A stretch of 64,000 nt of DNA from Tubulanus polymorphus. Its lineage: Eukaryota; Animalia; Nemertea. Made by a program: the position numbers and the translations under genes. How positions within the stretch are numbered: the stretch's first letter is position 1; each line of letters opens with the position of its first letter. The stretch spans positions 23,912,299 through 23,976,298 of the forward strand of contig NC_134025.1 of NCBI RefSeq assembly GCF_964204645.1, read 5' to 3'. Shown piece after piece: positions 22,063-34,000 of this stretch. Below the pieces are notes generated by a model that searched no databases, was not told where the DNA came from, and saw only the letters and a program-made list of their open reading frames with translations.

Positions 22063-25000
22063 ATGTCTGCGACTGATTGCAGTTCACTTGAATTTTATGT
22101 CAATGGCAAAAAGGTACTCATTAAATGCTTTGACTCTTGACTTATTTTACAATTCAGATTGAATAGATGGTCGTTTTCCAGTTTTTGCCCACCACTAAAG
22201 CTATTCGTGTTTTAGTGAAGCCATGATGTTTATCCCATTGTTATGTTTCTTTTCCAGATAATTGACATTGATGTTGACCCTGAATGGACATTGTTGAATT
22301 ATATACGAAGAAAATGTATCCTTCTGTTAATTCCTAACCTCAGATTGATTTGTGTTGACAAGTTGACAAAATACTCTAAAATACTTTTGAATTGTTTTGT
22401 ACATCATTTTGTTGATGATAGTTTTGTGAGAAAAAAGATATCATCATATCATAAAACTAACATCACCAATTTGAATGTTAACAAATCCTTAATCATAAAA
22501 CCCAGTGTTACTGACAGGAACAAAACTCGCTTGTGGACAAGCAGGATGTGGTGCGTGTACTGTAATGGTATCTAGATATGATCGACATCAAAAGAAAATT
22601 GTGTATCCTTATTTAATTGTAAATCAATTTGTAAAGCTTCCCACTGGCTGTTTCAATTTAAGTTCAGAAGTCACATAAAAATGAAATTTTCTAATTAAGA
22701 ATACCCGTAGTTATAAATACACTAGCCGAAATGTATACTTGATAGCCAAATATACTGTACCGGTACTCATTATCTGAAACCACAGAAAGTGATTGTTTAT
22801 CAGATAGGCCTATAACGGTACCTTAAAATCTGAATTTAGTCATGCCGCAGTTCCAGCATGTGCAGTATTTATTGTTAATGTACATGGTATGGCGGTCACT
22901 ACAGTTGAGGGAGTTGGTAGCCGGAAAAATCTCCACCCAGTGCAAGTGAGTGAAATATGGAATTGAGGAAGTATCAGAACCTATCACAGCATAACCTTGA
23001 CACATTTTCTTTGCAGGAACGACTTGCAAAATACCATGGCAGTCAATGTGGATTCTGTACCCCTGGTATGGTTATGTCAATGTATACTTTACTCAGGAAT
23101 AATCCAAATCCTTCCATCTCTGAGATAGAAAATGCAATGCAAGGAAATCTCTGCCGTTGTACTGGATACAGACCAATCTACCAAGGATTTGTCACTTTTG
23201 CTGATAAGGTTCATTAGCATGGATTATTCATTACCCTTTATGTATGATGAAAATCTTTTTTAAAGTTTTAGTAATGAGTGCTATCTTGATGTATTTTTTT
23301 AGACGGATTTTGATTGTGGAATGGGTGATCAGTGCTGTAAAAAGAAAATTGAAATCTCTGGTGTAAGCAAAATGTGTAATTAATGTACTGTATGTTTTAC
23401 CAGTATGGTATTGAATTGAATTAGTACACTTGTAGATGGCAACTAATTTACATGAGGGCACTTTTATTCCATACAAGCCAGATCAAGAACCAATATTTCC
23501 AAATGAACTTCAGGTGGGTCACTTTTGCTATATGTTATGCAGTTAATTATTCACACATTTTAATCTGAAATCAAAATGTTTGAATCTTCAGCTTTCCGAC
23601 CGTCTTGATAAAACTTTAGCCCATTTCAAAGGCAAGCGAATAGAATGGTTCCGTCCAACATCGCTTGATGAACTTTTTGAATTGAAAAAGAACCTACCCG
23701 ACGCTCGATTTGTCAATGGAGGACTTAATATGAGTAGGGATGAAAATTTATTCAATAGATCATGCGACCTTACTGATATAGTCCAATTCTTATATTAAGA
23801 CTTATTTGATATTCCATTCACAGGAAAGTATGGTATCCACCCTGATAAAGAAAATCTGCAGCTCATTTCTCTATCTCATGTATCTGAATTACATGACATT
23901 GAAAACAATTTGGACGGTATCTCTGTTGGTTCAGCTTGTACTTTGGAGCAAGTGTCTCAAACCCTTACTGCTGAAACCGATAGGCAGCACTGTAAGACAA
24001 AACAAACCAAATATTTAAAGAATTTTCTGTTCTGTATGGTTGATGATGTACAATGTGTTCATAATAGTATTTGTTATGTATTTTATATAATGGAAAAATG
24101 TAATTTTCTATCGGGAAATTCCACCTAAATCTGTGCATGTTCACTTGCAGTTAGCAGGACGCAAAGTTTCGTAGCATTGAATAGGATGCTGAATTCATTC
24201 AGTTTACAATGGAAAAATGTTGCTGTAAGTATATCCATGCATTATTAGTTTTTTTAATTGATTTATGTTACATGTAAGATATTCTAATCAAAATTCCTAT
24301 TCATTTGATTTTTTCAGACCATTGGAGGGCATATTGTCGCTAATAGAAAAAAATCTGACCTGATTCCAGTATTAATGGCCGCCTGTTGTAAAATGACAAT
24401 TATTTCACCAGGTTATGCAAAGACGTTTTTACATTTAAATGTGATGATTTGTGATGAATAAAAGATTATTTTGCTTGTTATGTAGAGTGATCAATAAGGA
24501 GTTCGGTATAACATAAGATCAATGTGTCGGTGATTATCGGTGCTTTGAATACCATCTGTTATTTTTACTCATTGTGTGTATTTTCTTGTACAGTTAGCGA
24601 GAGAACTGTTGTGATCAATGAACATTTTTTGTCTGATTTGACGTCTCTACTGCTGAAACCAAATGAGCTCATCAAATCAATATTCATTCCTTTCCAATCA
24701 AAAGTAAGCTAAAATTATAATTCAGTGGAGAAATTAAATTACAGATGAAGTGAGTTAATTACTGAGCATTCAATATTGCTTTTTATTTTAAGAGTGAGTT
24801 TCTTGAAGTTTACTCATCAAATTCTGTGCAAGCTACGTCGGTTTTTCGCATGGTTGTTGAGAAAGATACCAGTATTATTCAGGAATTATGTATAATATCC
24901 AGTGGTTTAGATGGAAGTATCAAATTGGCCAGTGAAACTATGAAAGAAGCTGTAGGAAAGTAAGTCTAACCATAAACTGATATTGATTTTTATCTGGTTT

Positions 25001-28000
25001 ATATCTATTTGTATCAAATTGACAAAAAGATAAACAGATTTAAATGATGGGTGAAAGACTTGATTAGATGATTCATGTATTCATTAACCAATTCTGTATT
25101 CTTTAATTTTAGGAAGTTGTGTGACCCAGTTGTGTCGAGTTTGAGTAAAATCTTGACTGATGAGATTAAACCATGTACAGATAATACTGGTGGAGCAGTT
25201 CAATATCGTTGTTCACTTATACTTGGATTCTTCTTTAAATTCTATCTATCTATACAGATCAATCTCTCTCAGCTTCTGGTATTTCATTAAGTCGATAGAT
25301 CCTGTAAACATTGTTACATTTTTCTATATGACAATAGCAAAGTCTTGAATGTATTTTAGGGGATGGAGTCTGGGCAGTGTATACCACAGTCATACACAAG
25401 CGTATTACGTGAATTGCCCTCAGAACCGCTTAAAGTTCAGCAGATATTTGAGAAGACTGATGAATCACAGCCTGAACATGATACAATTGGCAAACCATTA
25501 CCACAAATTATCAACCCAAGCCATGTTTCTGGTGAAAGTGTTTTCATTGATGACATTCCTGCATATACCAGTAACTACCATTTATTCTAGATCTCAGTGG
25601 TATATTCCTTATGAGGGATTTATGAAGGCAGGTGCAAATCATTCTTTTCATGTGTTTCAGATGAGTTATTTATTGCCTATGTGTATAGTAAGCATGCCCA
25701 TGCAAAGATACTCAGTGTAGATCCGTCCGAGGCACTCAATGTTGATGGTGTGCTTTCATACATTGATCACAACGATGTACCTGCATCAAATATGTTTGGT
25801 CGTATTGTTAAAGATGAATATATCTTCCCGACAAAGCTAGTAGATTTTAATGGTCAAATTATAAGTGCTGTAGTTGCTGAAAATAGAGAAATTGCACGAA
25901 AAGCTGCAAAATTGGTAAAAGTTGAGTATGAAGTACTTCAACCCGTTATTACCATAACTGACGCAATCGAGGCCAAGTCTTTTTTCGAAACAGTTGTTAA
26001 AATTGACAAGGGAGATGTTGATGATGTCTTATCAACAGTTGATCATGTCGTTGAGGGAGAGCTCTATGTTGGGGCGCAGGAACACTTTTATATGGAAACA
26101 AAATCTGCTTTGGTAGTTCCGCTCAGTGAAAACGATGAAATTCTAATATATGCAGGGACTCAAAATCTTGCTGCAATACAGGTAAACAACAATTGTCTAT
26201 TGAATTGGCTTGCATGGATCCCAGTTTGATTATTATTTTATTGGTTACCTGGTTTTCTCCCTTAAAGGAAGATGTGGCAAATGCTCTTGGCTTGAAGGAA
26301 AATCGGATCATTGTAAAAAATAAAAGAATTGGTAAGCTACCAATTAATTCAAGTGAAGCCACTGAACTTGATTGAACTCAAACCATTGAAAGAATATTTA
26401 CTTGAATATCATTACATGTGTTTATTTTGTAAGGGGGTGCATTTGGAGGTAAGGAAGAAAATTCAGCAATTGTATTGCCTGTTGCTGTTGCAGCTTATAA
26501 GTAAGTGTTTCAAATTCTTTTCTTTAACATTTATTTCACGAACATGATGACACAAGCCACATTCTAGAATTGTATTCTATTTAGATTAAAGCGACCAGTA
26601 CGATGCGTATTAAATCGAGATGAGGACATGAGAAATACTAGCAAGCGACATCCTTTCCTTGGAAAATATAAGGTGTTACTTACTGATTGAATCAGAGTAG
26701 TTTATCAAATGAAAAATACTAGAATAGCTTAGTATTGTTATATATGAATTAATTTGGTTTTTAGGTTGGTTTCTCTAGCCAGGGAATTGTACAGGCAGCT
26801 GATATAACGCTGTATGCAAATTGTGGTTTTAGCCATGATACATCTACAGCGGTGAGTTAAATACTGTTGGAAGAGCTGCTGTAACAAATAACTTTTTATG
26901 TACCCTTGTAGTTGTTATTATGTTTAGGTAGTTCAGCTAGCAGTACTGGATACAGATGCCTCGTACTGGATCCCAAAAATAAGAGTGAAGGGTTACCTCT
27001 GTAAAACCAATCTCCCTTCAAATAGCTCCTTTCGAGGAATGGGACGGCCGGAGGTGGCGATCATAACTGAATCATGGATTGAACATATTGCTCGAAATCT
27101 TGTAATGTCACCAGAAAAGGTGATTTTCTCAATGACTGAAGAGAATGAATGTTTGATACATCTTGTTTGATACATTTGATACATCTCGTATATTATTTAC
27201 ATTTCATCTATTGTAGATAAGAGAGGTGAATTCTTATCGCACGATAGGTCCAAGTACTTTTGGTCTGTTAGAGATTGACGGACGATGTTTATCTAGATGT
27301 TGGAATGATGTAATTGAACAGAGCAATTATGAAGAGCTGAGAAGAGAAACTGATACTTTTAATGCGTAAGATCTTTTTTGTGTTATTCACATTGAATTTC
27401 GTGTTTCCTTCCAAGAATTTTTTATTTCTATTTATGATGTCCAGTGAAAATCGATGGAAGAAAAGAGGTGTCTCAGTTGTTCCGACAAAATGTGGTATTG
27501 GTTTTCCATGGCGATTCATGAACCAGGTAACTGCCGGTATATGCATCGTACCAGGAGATAACTGAATGTGCATGTTCATGTACCATTACATCACTACTGG
27601 ACAAAATTTAGTCATTAATGAGAAAAAAATATTACCTGTAGGCTGGCGCATTAGTGCATGTTTATCGAGATGGAACAGTGCTTATTACATATGGTGGTAT
27701 AGAAATGGGTCAGGGTCTACACACCAAAATTATTCAAGTATGATTTAACAAATTTCTAATTCTATATAACGTAGCACTTACATTATATATGTGTGCATCT
27801 CATGTATACTACTGGATTTTTCATAAATTTCAGATAGCAAGTCGAGTCCTGGCTATTTCAACCGATAAAATCCATATCCAAGAAACTAGCACTGACAAAG
27901 TACCAAATAGCATCACTAGTAGTGCAAGTACCAGTTCAGATATGTATGGGATGGCAGTAAAGGTATGACCAACATTCCTAGAAGTTATGAAGTTTATTAC

Positions 28001-29391
28001 CTCCACATAGTTAGAATCTAACAATCGTCCTAAAATCCAGTTGGAATATATCTAAGTTAATGTTTAGTATACAAAGAGAACGTTTTTCAGTATGCTTGTG
28101 AAAAGCTTATAGCACAGCTTCAACCTATGAAAGAAAAGTACCCTGGTGATGATTGGGAAGCATGGGTTATGAATGCATGGTTGAATAATATCCACTTATC
28201 AGCCACAGGTTACTACGGGTAAGAAAATGTGTTCAGAGTGCAACTTTTCATGAAGATTTCCCTTAAAAAATGTGATGATTTCTTATAGAAATTTAGACTT
28301 GTCGAATGTATGTTGATTAGAGGCGGTTAGATATGAATTCTATTCCTTATTCTTTTTAGTGCTCCTGATGAGTACCATTATGACTGGGATAAGGTAACAG
28401 GGCGAAGATATAATTACTATACATATGGTGCTGCATGTTCAGTGGTAGAAATTGATTGTTTGACCGGTGACCACAAGGTAAGACAATATTGAATTTTACC
28501 TTGTGTATATGTCTGATAGTTTTACAATTCACTTGTTTCATGGTCCACCATAGTCAGTAACCGGCCTGTGGTTAAGTTTCATGATCGGATATTTTCAGTT
28601 GGTATAAGCCCATCCGATTATAAAAAGCTTACCACCAACGATTAGGTAACTAACTAGGTCCACCACACTTTGTTTTTTCTAGATATTGAAAACAGATATT
28701 GTGATGGATGTTGGAGCTAGTCTCAATCCAGCCATTGACATTGGTCAGATTGATGGTGCTTTTATGCAGGTTCATGTTCAATGTCTTAGCAACAATGTAC
28801 GGACAGAGATGTTGTGATTTTCTGAAAGTAAACATCTAGCTTTTGCAGGGTTATGGATACTACATGACTGAACAACTGCATGTTTCCCCTGAAGGAAAAA
28901 TACTTTCAACTGGTCCAGCATCTTACAATCTTCCTCGGTTCAGAAATTTACCCAATGAATACAACGTAACAATTCTGAAAGGATCCAGAAATCCAAGAGC
29001 TATTTATTCTTCGAAGGTGAATTTCATCATCCATAAATTTCAAATTAAAGCAGAATTGTTTTAACTAACTTACATATGTAATAACGCTACAATTTTGTTA
29101 ACTATTAGGGTATTGGAGAACCACCATTAATTCTTGCAACTTCCGTTTACTTTGCGGTGAAAGAAGCTATCTTAAGCGCAAGATCTGATTTTGGTGTATC
29201 TGGATATTTCCGTTTGGATTGCCCGGCTACAGCTGAGAAAATCCGTCTTGCATGCACTGATCAATTCACCCAGCCAGTAAGTAAGCCTATTATGTATTTT
29301 CAGTAAGGTTCATTGAATTATTTCATGTATTCAGATGAAATTCGTGTCGCTCTTCCCATGGTCTGTTTTACAGTTTGACGTAATTGGCTAA
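22063..29391 (+). CDS. Xanthine dehydrogenase/aldehyde oxidase-like molybdo-hydroxylase, copy 1, multi-exon
   Basis: [17 protein letters not shown]; Fe-S motifs [28 protein letters not shown] and [12 protein letters not shown]; GAQEHFYME; [11 protein letters not shown]; EMGQGLHTK; [12 protein letters not shown]; SKGIGEPP; ends FDVIG*. Confidence 0.93.
22316..22839 (+). other. Two consecutive U12-type (minor spliceosome) GT-AG introns, 22316-22505 and 22603-22839
   Basis: Both donors are GTATCCTT. Branch-like TCCTTAAT and ACCTTAAA lie just before AG acceptors that lack a pyrimidine tract. Splicing at these sites restores the XDH reading frame. Confidence 0.85.
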
Positions 29392-31031
29392 GAAGAAAAG
29401 CACCTCGGGTTCTTACTTGCGCCATTGCACTATGTCGCTTCTATGCTTGAATTAGTAAAACTTGGAATTTTTCTTTTGTTTTAATTATTAACTTAATTTG
29501 TTTGAATCTATTGCGAGTTTGTATATGGATTAGATCCAATTTTATAATGTTTTATTGTGGTTTAACTACAATGAGTTAGAATACAATGTATACTTAAAGT
29601 TTTTTTGTGTTTTCTCCTTACTTACCTATTGCATGTTTCTATAAACATTAGATTCCATTTTTATCATATTTTATTGGGGTTTCTCTACAATGAGTTGAAA
29701 TACTCAAAAATGTATTTAGATGTTTGTGCATGATTAATGAATACACTGATCTGTTTGTTAGCATCATTGTACACCTTGGAGTAATCTTTAAATTACTAGC
29801 TTCAATTAATCAATGGTTTTACTCCAAATCATTATACACTGTAGAATCATCCGAAATTTTAGAAAAATTACTTTGTTATTCCGGATATTGAAATCTATGT
29901 AATTTTTAGCATTTGGAATTTTGTGAAAGTCTGCTCCATTTCAACGGAGAATTAAAATGATTCATTAGAATGTGTTTGATTTTGTTTTTGATCGATGGAT
30001 GATTAATGACGCTATTACACTACGATAGATGGCAAAAGCGTCGTGTGCTATACTACTTTTCATTTGTTAGGTTCACTCGCTAAGTGACAAAAATTTATTA
30101 TATCGAAATTTATTATATTCATAATATCGAAATGTATGAGTTGAGTTTCTGTATCATTACACACACATAGAAATGATGGAGTTATCTTACATACACGTAT
30201 AAGATAGTTTGCAAAGAATTCACTGAATGTAGTGATTGATTTAATAGTTTGTCTCAACGTCACGATCACTCATACATTTCATATACATTCTCCCCTTTTT
30301 CGACTACAAAATGTTTCGTGGTCGAAAAATAAACTTAGGATGTCTTGTACAAACGAAATGTTAGTCTGTATTTGTATCTGTAGGATCTATTTGCATTTGT
30401 TACGCCGGTGATTAGTTGCCCCGAATCTAACAGGGCCAGGTATTAAAATTCATTTGAATACACTAGGTTTTAAAAAATATTTTCAAAATCTATAATAAAA
30501 TAACTGAATTATGAACTAAGATCATTATAGAGAAGACAGTTAGTTATGTCAGTTACGTGTGTAAGCTTATGTTTTCTACGCGAAGTTCAGCTCCCAGTCA
30601 AGTATAGCAGACAGCGCCAGGGCGATAGGAAATGGCATCTAGAAGACGGCGAATAGGCGAAAAAAGCTCCCAAAAGGCTCCTTTAGAATATGAACATCCT
30701 CGTAAGTTACTTCTATTCATAGGATAATCTTTCGCCGTATCGCTCGATACTAGTATTAATAGGTTTTATTTTCGACGAGAATAGAATTAACGGTTCAAAA
30801 TCGCGATAAAAAATAGCGGCTGCTACGCTGATCGTAGTAAGGCGACTTTGATGTGCGCCGCAACAATGCGTCTTTATTGATTGGTAGTCGGAAGGAAATG
30901 CATTATTAGCTGAATTGTAGAAAGTTGTCTTGTTTCGGGAAAAACCCATAACTGGCGAAAAATGACATTAGCCGCCTAAGTGCCGAAAAATGCTTCAACA
31001 AATTTCAAATTGTTCGTCGTAATTAATCAAA

Positions 31032-34000
31032 ATGGCGGCGACGACCACGCCATTTGAGATACACTCGGAGACCATGAACATGGGCAGTTTTGGTAACTTT
31101 CCTTGGATTTTCGGGACCTGAAGTTGCGTCTAAGTTCTTCGTCCGTGCTTTTAGACGTATTTTCGGTGTACAGTTGTCAATGATTGATAGGAGAATAGGT
31201 GGCTACAAGTGAAATTACATATGTTAAACGAGCAGACACTGAAATGATCACGTGATACGTGTGTTGTCGAATGCAGACGAAATGTTTCAAAAGAAACGCG
31301 TTCGTCTAAGCGCAAATTTCTACTCTAAATAAACGCATCACGTATTTTGGCTAGTGCGTTTCCAAAATAAAAGTTTCGTAGCAAAATCCAATCTTATCTT
31401 GTTAGGGGGGTATGCCTGGGTAGAAAATTCGTAATGTATTTGGGCCCAAGGTGAGTTAGGCCGTCTACAGGCCCAATCTTCATAGTCTATGGCACTATAA
31501 AAAATTGTATCCAGGGTCTCCAACAAAACAACTTGAGATATATCTGTGGTCACTGACTAGCCAAAAAACTTTTAATTTGCTACCTGATCCTCAGGCCCCA
31601 AACACCCAGTTCATAACAAGGATTCAATCCTATATAAGCCCTATATATATGAGATCTTACATATTTGGATTGTAAACTATTTTATATAAATATTAGTGAA
31701 TTAAAATTTTTTACAAATCATAGTGATTAATCTGTTATTGATTATTTTCATTGAATTATATCTTACAGATAGACCGAGTTGCAGTTTATCTTCTATTTCT
31801 GATTCAGAAGATGAAAGCATATCAAATGAAGTTGACAATGAGTCTTCAGAGTCCAACAAATTAGATACAAGCATTGAATCGAAACTAGACACGAGCATGG
31901 ATTCGATAGTAATGCCTGAGTCCGATTTGAAAATGCTTCAAATGGATAAAGATAAAGAAAGTGAGGTGGATGTCGAGGGCAATGATTCCAAACAGAAGCA
32001 AAATATGCTGTTAGATGTATTAGCTCAAGTTGCATCAGATACTCTAGCACTGGAACCTGATGTTCCACCACCAAACGAAAATAAGAGGGTAATTATTCTG
32101 ACATAAATAGGCAAGAAATGAGAAGATATGGAATAGAAAGATCATGAATTTTGGCATTTAGAATTTATAATATTTGAATATAATTTAAAACTGTGTAAGA
32201 CCTTTTTCGATTCCCAGTACATTTGTTCAATCGTAAATGTAGAATCATTCTCTTTTTCAGTTAACTCTGCGAACAATACAAAGCATGGACGTGCTGACTC
32301 TGGATCAAATTCGATACCTGACCGATAAATCATTGGTGAATTTGTTTTCTGATATGAGCAGCGATGAGATCAAGCGAAACTACACGTTCACCTGCTATTT
32401 GATACCGTCAAAGTGTGAAGTTGCGGTGTCGAGTTTCGGCAACGAGATGAAAGCGCGATTGCGCATGTGTCAACATCTCAGAGATCACATCAAGCAGCTC
32501 TCTGAAGAATATGCCGGTCAGTACATACTGAAGATGTGCCAGATAAAAACTTTCACGGTGATAAAAATCTGTATGCACACTCCATTCACTTTTAATCATA
32601 TGTTGCAGATCCAAAAGTTAAATTTACTGCTGAACCGCTTCATTCACGTCGAAGAAGAGCTTTAGGTAAGAGAGCTTAGCAAGGAAGCTATTAAGAATAT
32701 CATCTAGATATCAATTTACAATTTTGCTAATTATTGCTACTAATTCAGAGAAAATTCTATAGTTATGTGGATTATTTTTATCCTATGTTTTACTTATCCT
32801 TCGCGTTAATTTTAGCTGCGAAATCATCAGGCAAAATGAAAAGAAAGCGAAGTTCAAACTACCCTCTAATATATAGTTCGGCAAAGCCAGATTTATTTCA
32901 AGACGACGAAACAAAGGTTAAGAGAGCAAGATTTACCGGTAAGAGAAAGAAAATGCCTAAGAAGATGGGCAAATCAGTATCGGATGCTATTAAACGTGAA
33001 GTTATTGAGACTGATTCAGTCGAGTCAACTTTAATCGATGTGGAGGAGGTTGGAGCAAGTAGCGAGCAGTTGAAAAATCAACAAATCATACTCGACTTAT
33101 TGCGAAGATCTCAACCGCATCATGATCACAGTTACACATCGATATTTGGCTCGAAAGGACAAAATTTCGCTCAACACGATGGTGCGTCGGACGACGAGCT
33201 GGATGTTGGTACGAACACACGCACTGGTGGTGTTAGGGCAATAAAGAATAAACCGTTTATCTTCATGAATAGCACAGCCCAAACGACAAGGGTTACCCCT
33301 GGAGTATTGGTAGCTGACAGTAATAATGTCGAGGGTAAAGACGTTATACCGTTTATGCAACACAGCCGGCTTTTCGTTACACCCGATGGAATGCCAGTTT
33401 ATGAAGAAGAAGTGATTGAAATAACTCCCGATAACTCGAGTAGTTTACGTAAGTAAAATTAAATAATTCATATCAATCAAAACTTTTTCTTGGGCTTTAG
33501 TGTAACAGCTATATTTAATGCATATGTATGCTTCATTTTATATTTGGTCTTTACTTCAGGGCCTTATCCACCTATGCCTAAATCTGATCTGGCCATGAAA
33601 GGTAAAATAGTCGTACCAGAAGAAGTTACATCATCCGCCGATGAGGCAGATTTGAATTTGACAATGAAAAAGAAAATTATCAAAGCACCCAAGTCCAAAG
33701 AAGGAACTGCAGAATGGGAAAAGGTATTGTCATCGACAACCATTGTGTTAGTTCTTTTGATATCCCTGCAAAATTAGTGATTTTCTTATATATATACTTC
33801 AATCTTTGTAGAAACTAGCATTGAAGTGTATCCGTGAGCTAAGGTTCAAACGAAAAGATGATAAAGCGCAGTTGATTTGTAAAATATGCAAGGACAAAAC
33901 CTTTACTGCTGCGGCTACTCTGATGTATCATTATCGCAGTCATGCAGGCAAGTGTTGTTGGCCAACATCAACGGATAGTTGAGAAATTCTGTTAGCCTAT

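Noticed and set aside
22063-29391. XDH-like copies as pseudogenes because the ORF track is fragmented
   Set aside because: The fragmentation reflects short exons. The junctions I checked splice in frame, including the U12 and GC-AG sites.
30296-30329. 12-bp imperfect hairpin resembling a terminator
   Set aside because: It is isolated and in a eukaryotic context, with no supporting copy or function.
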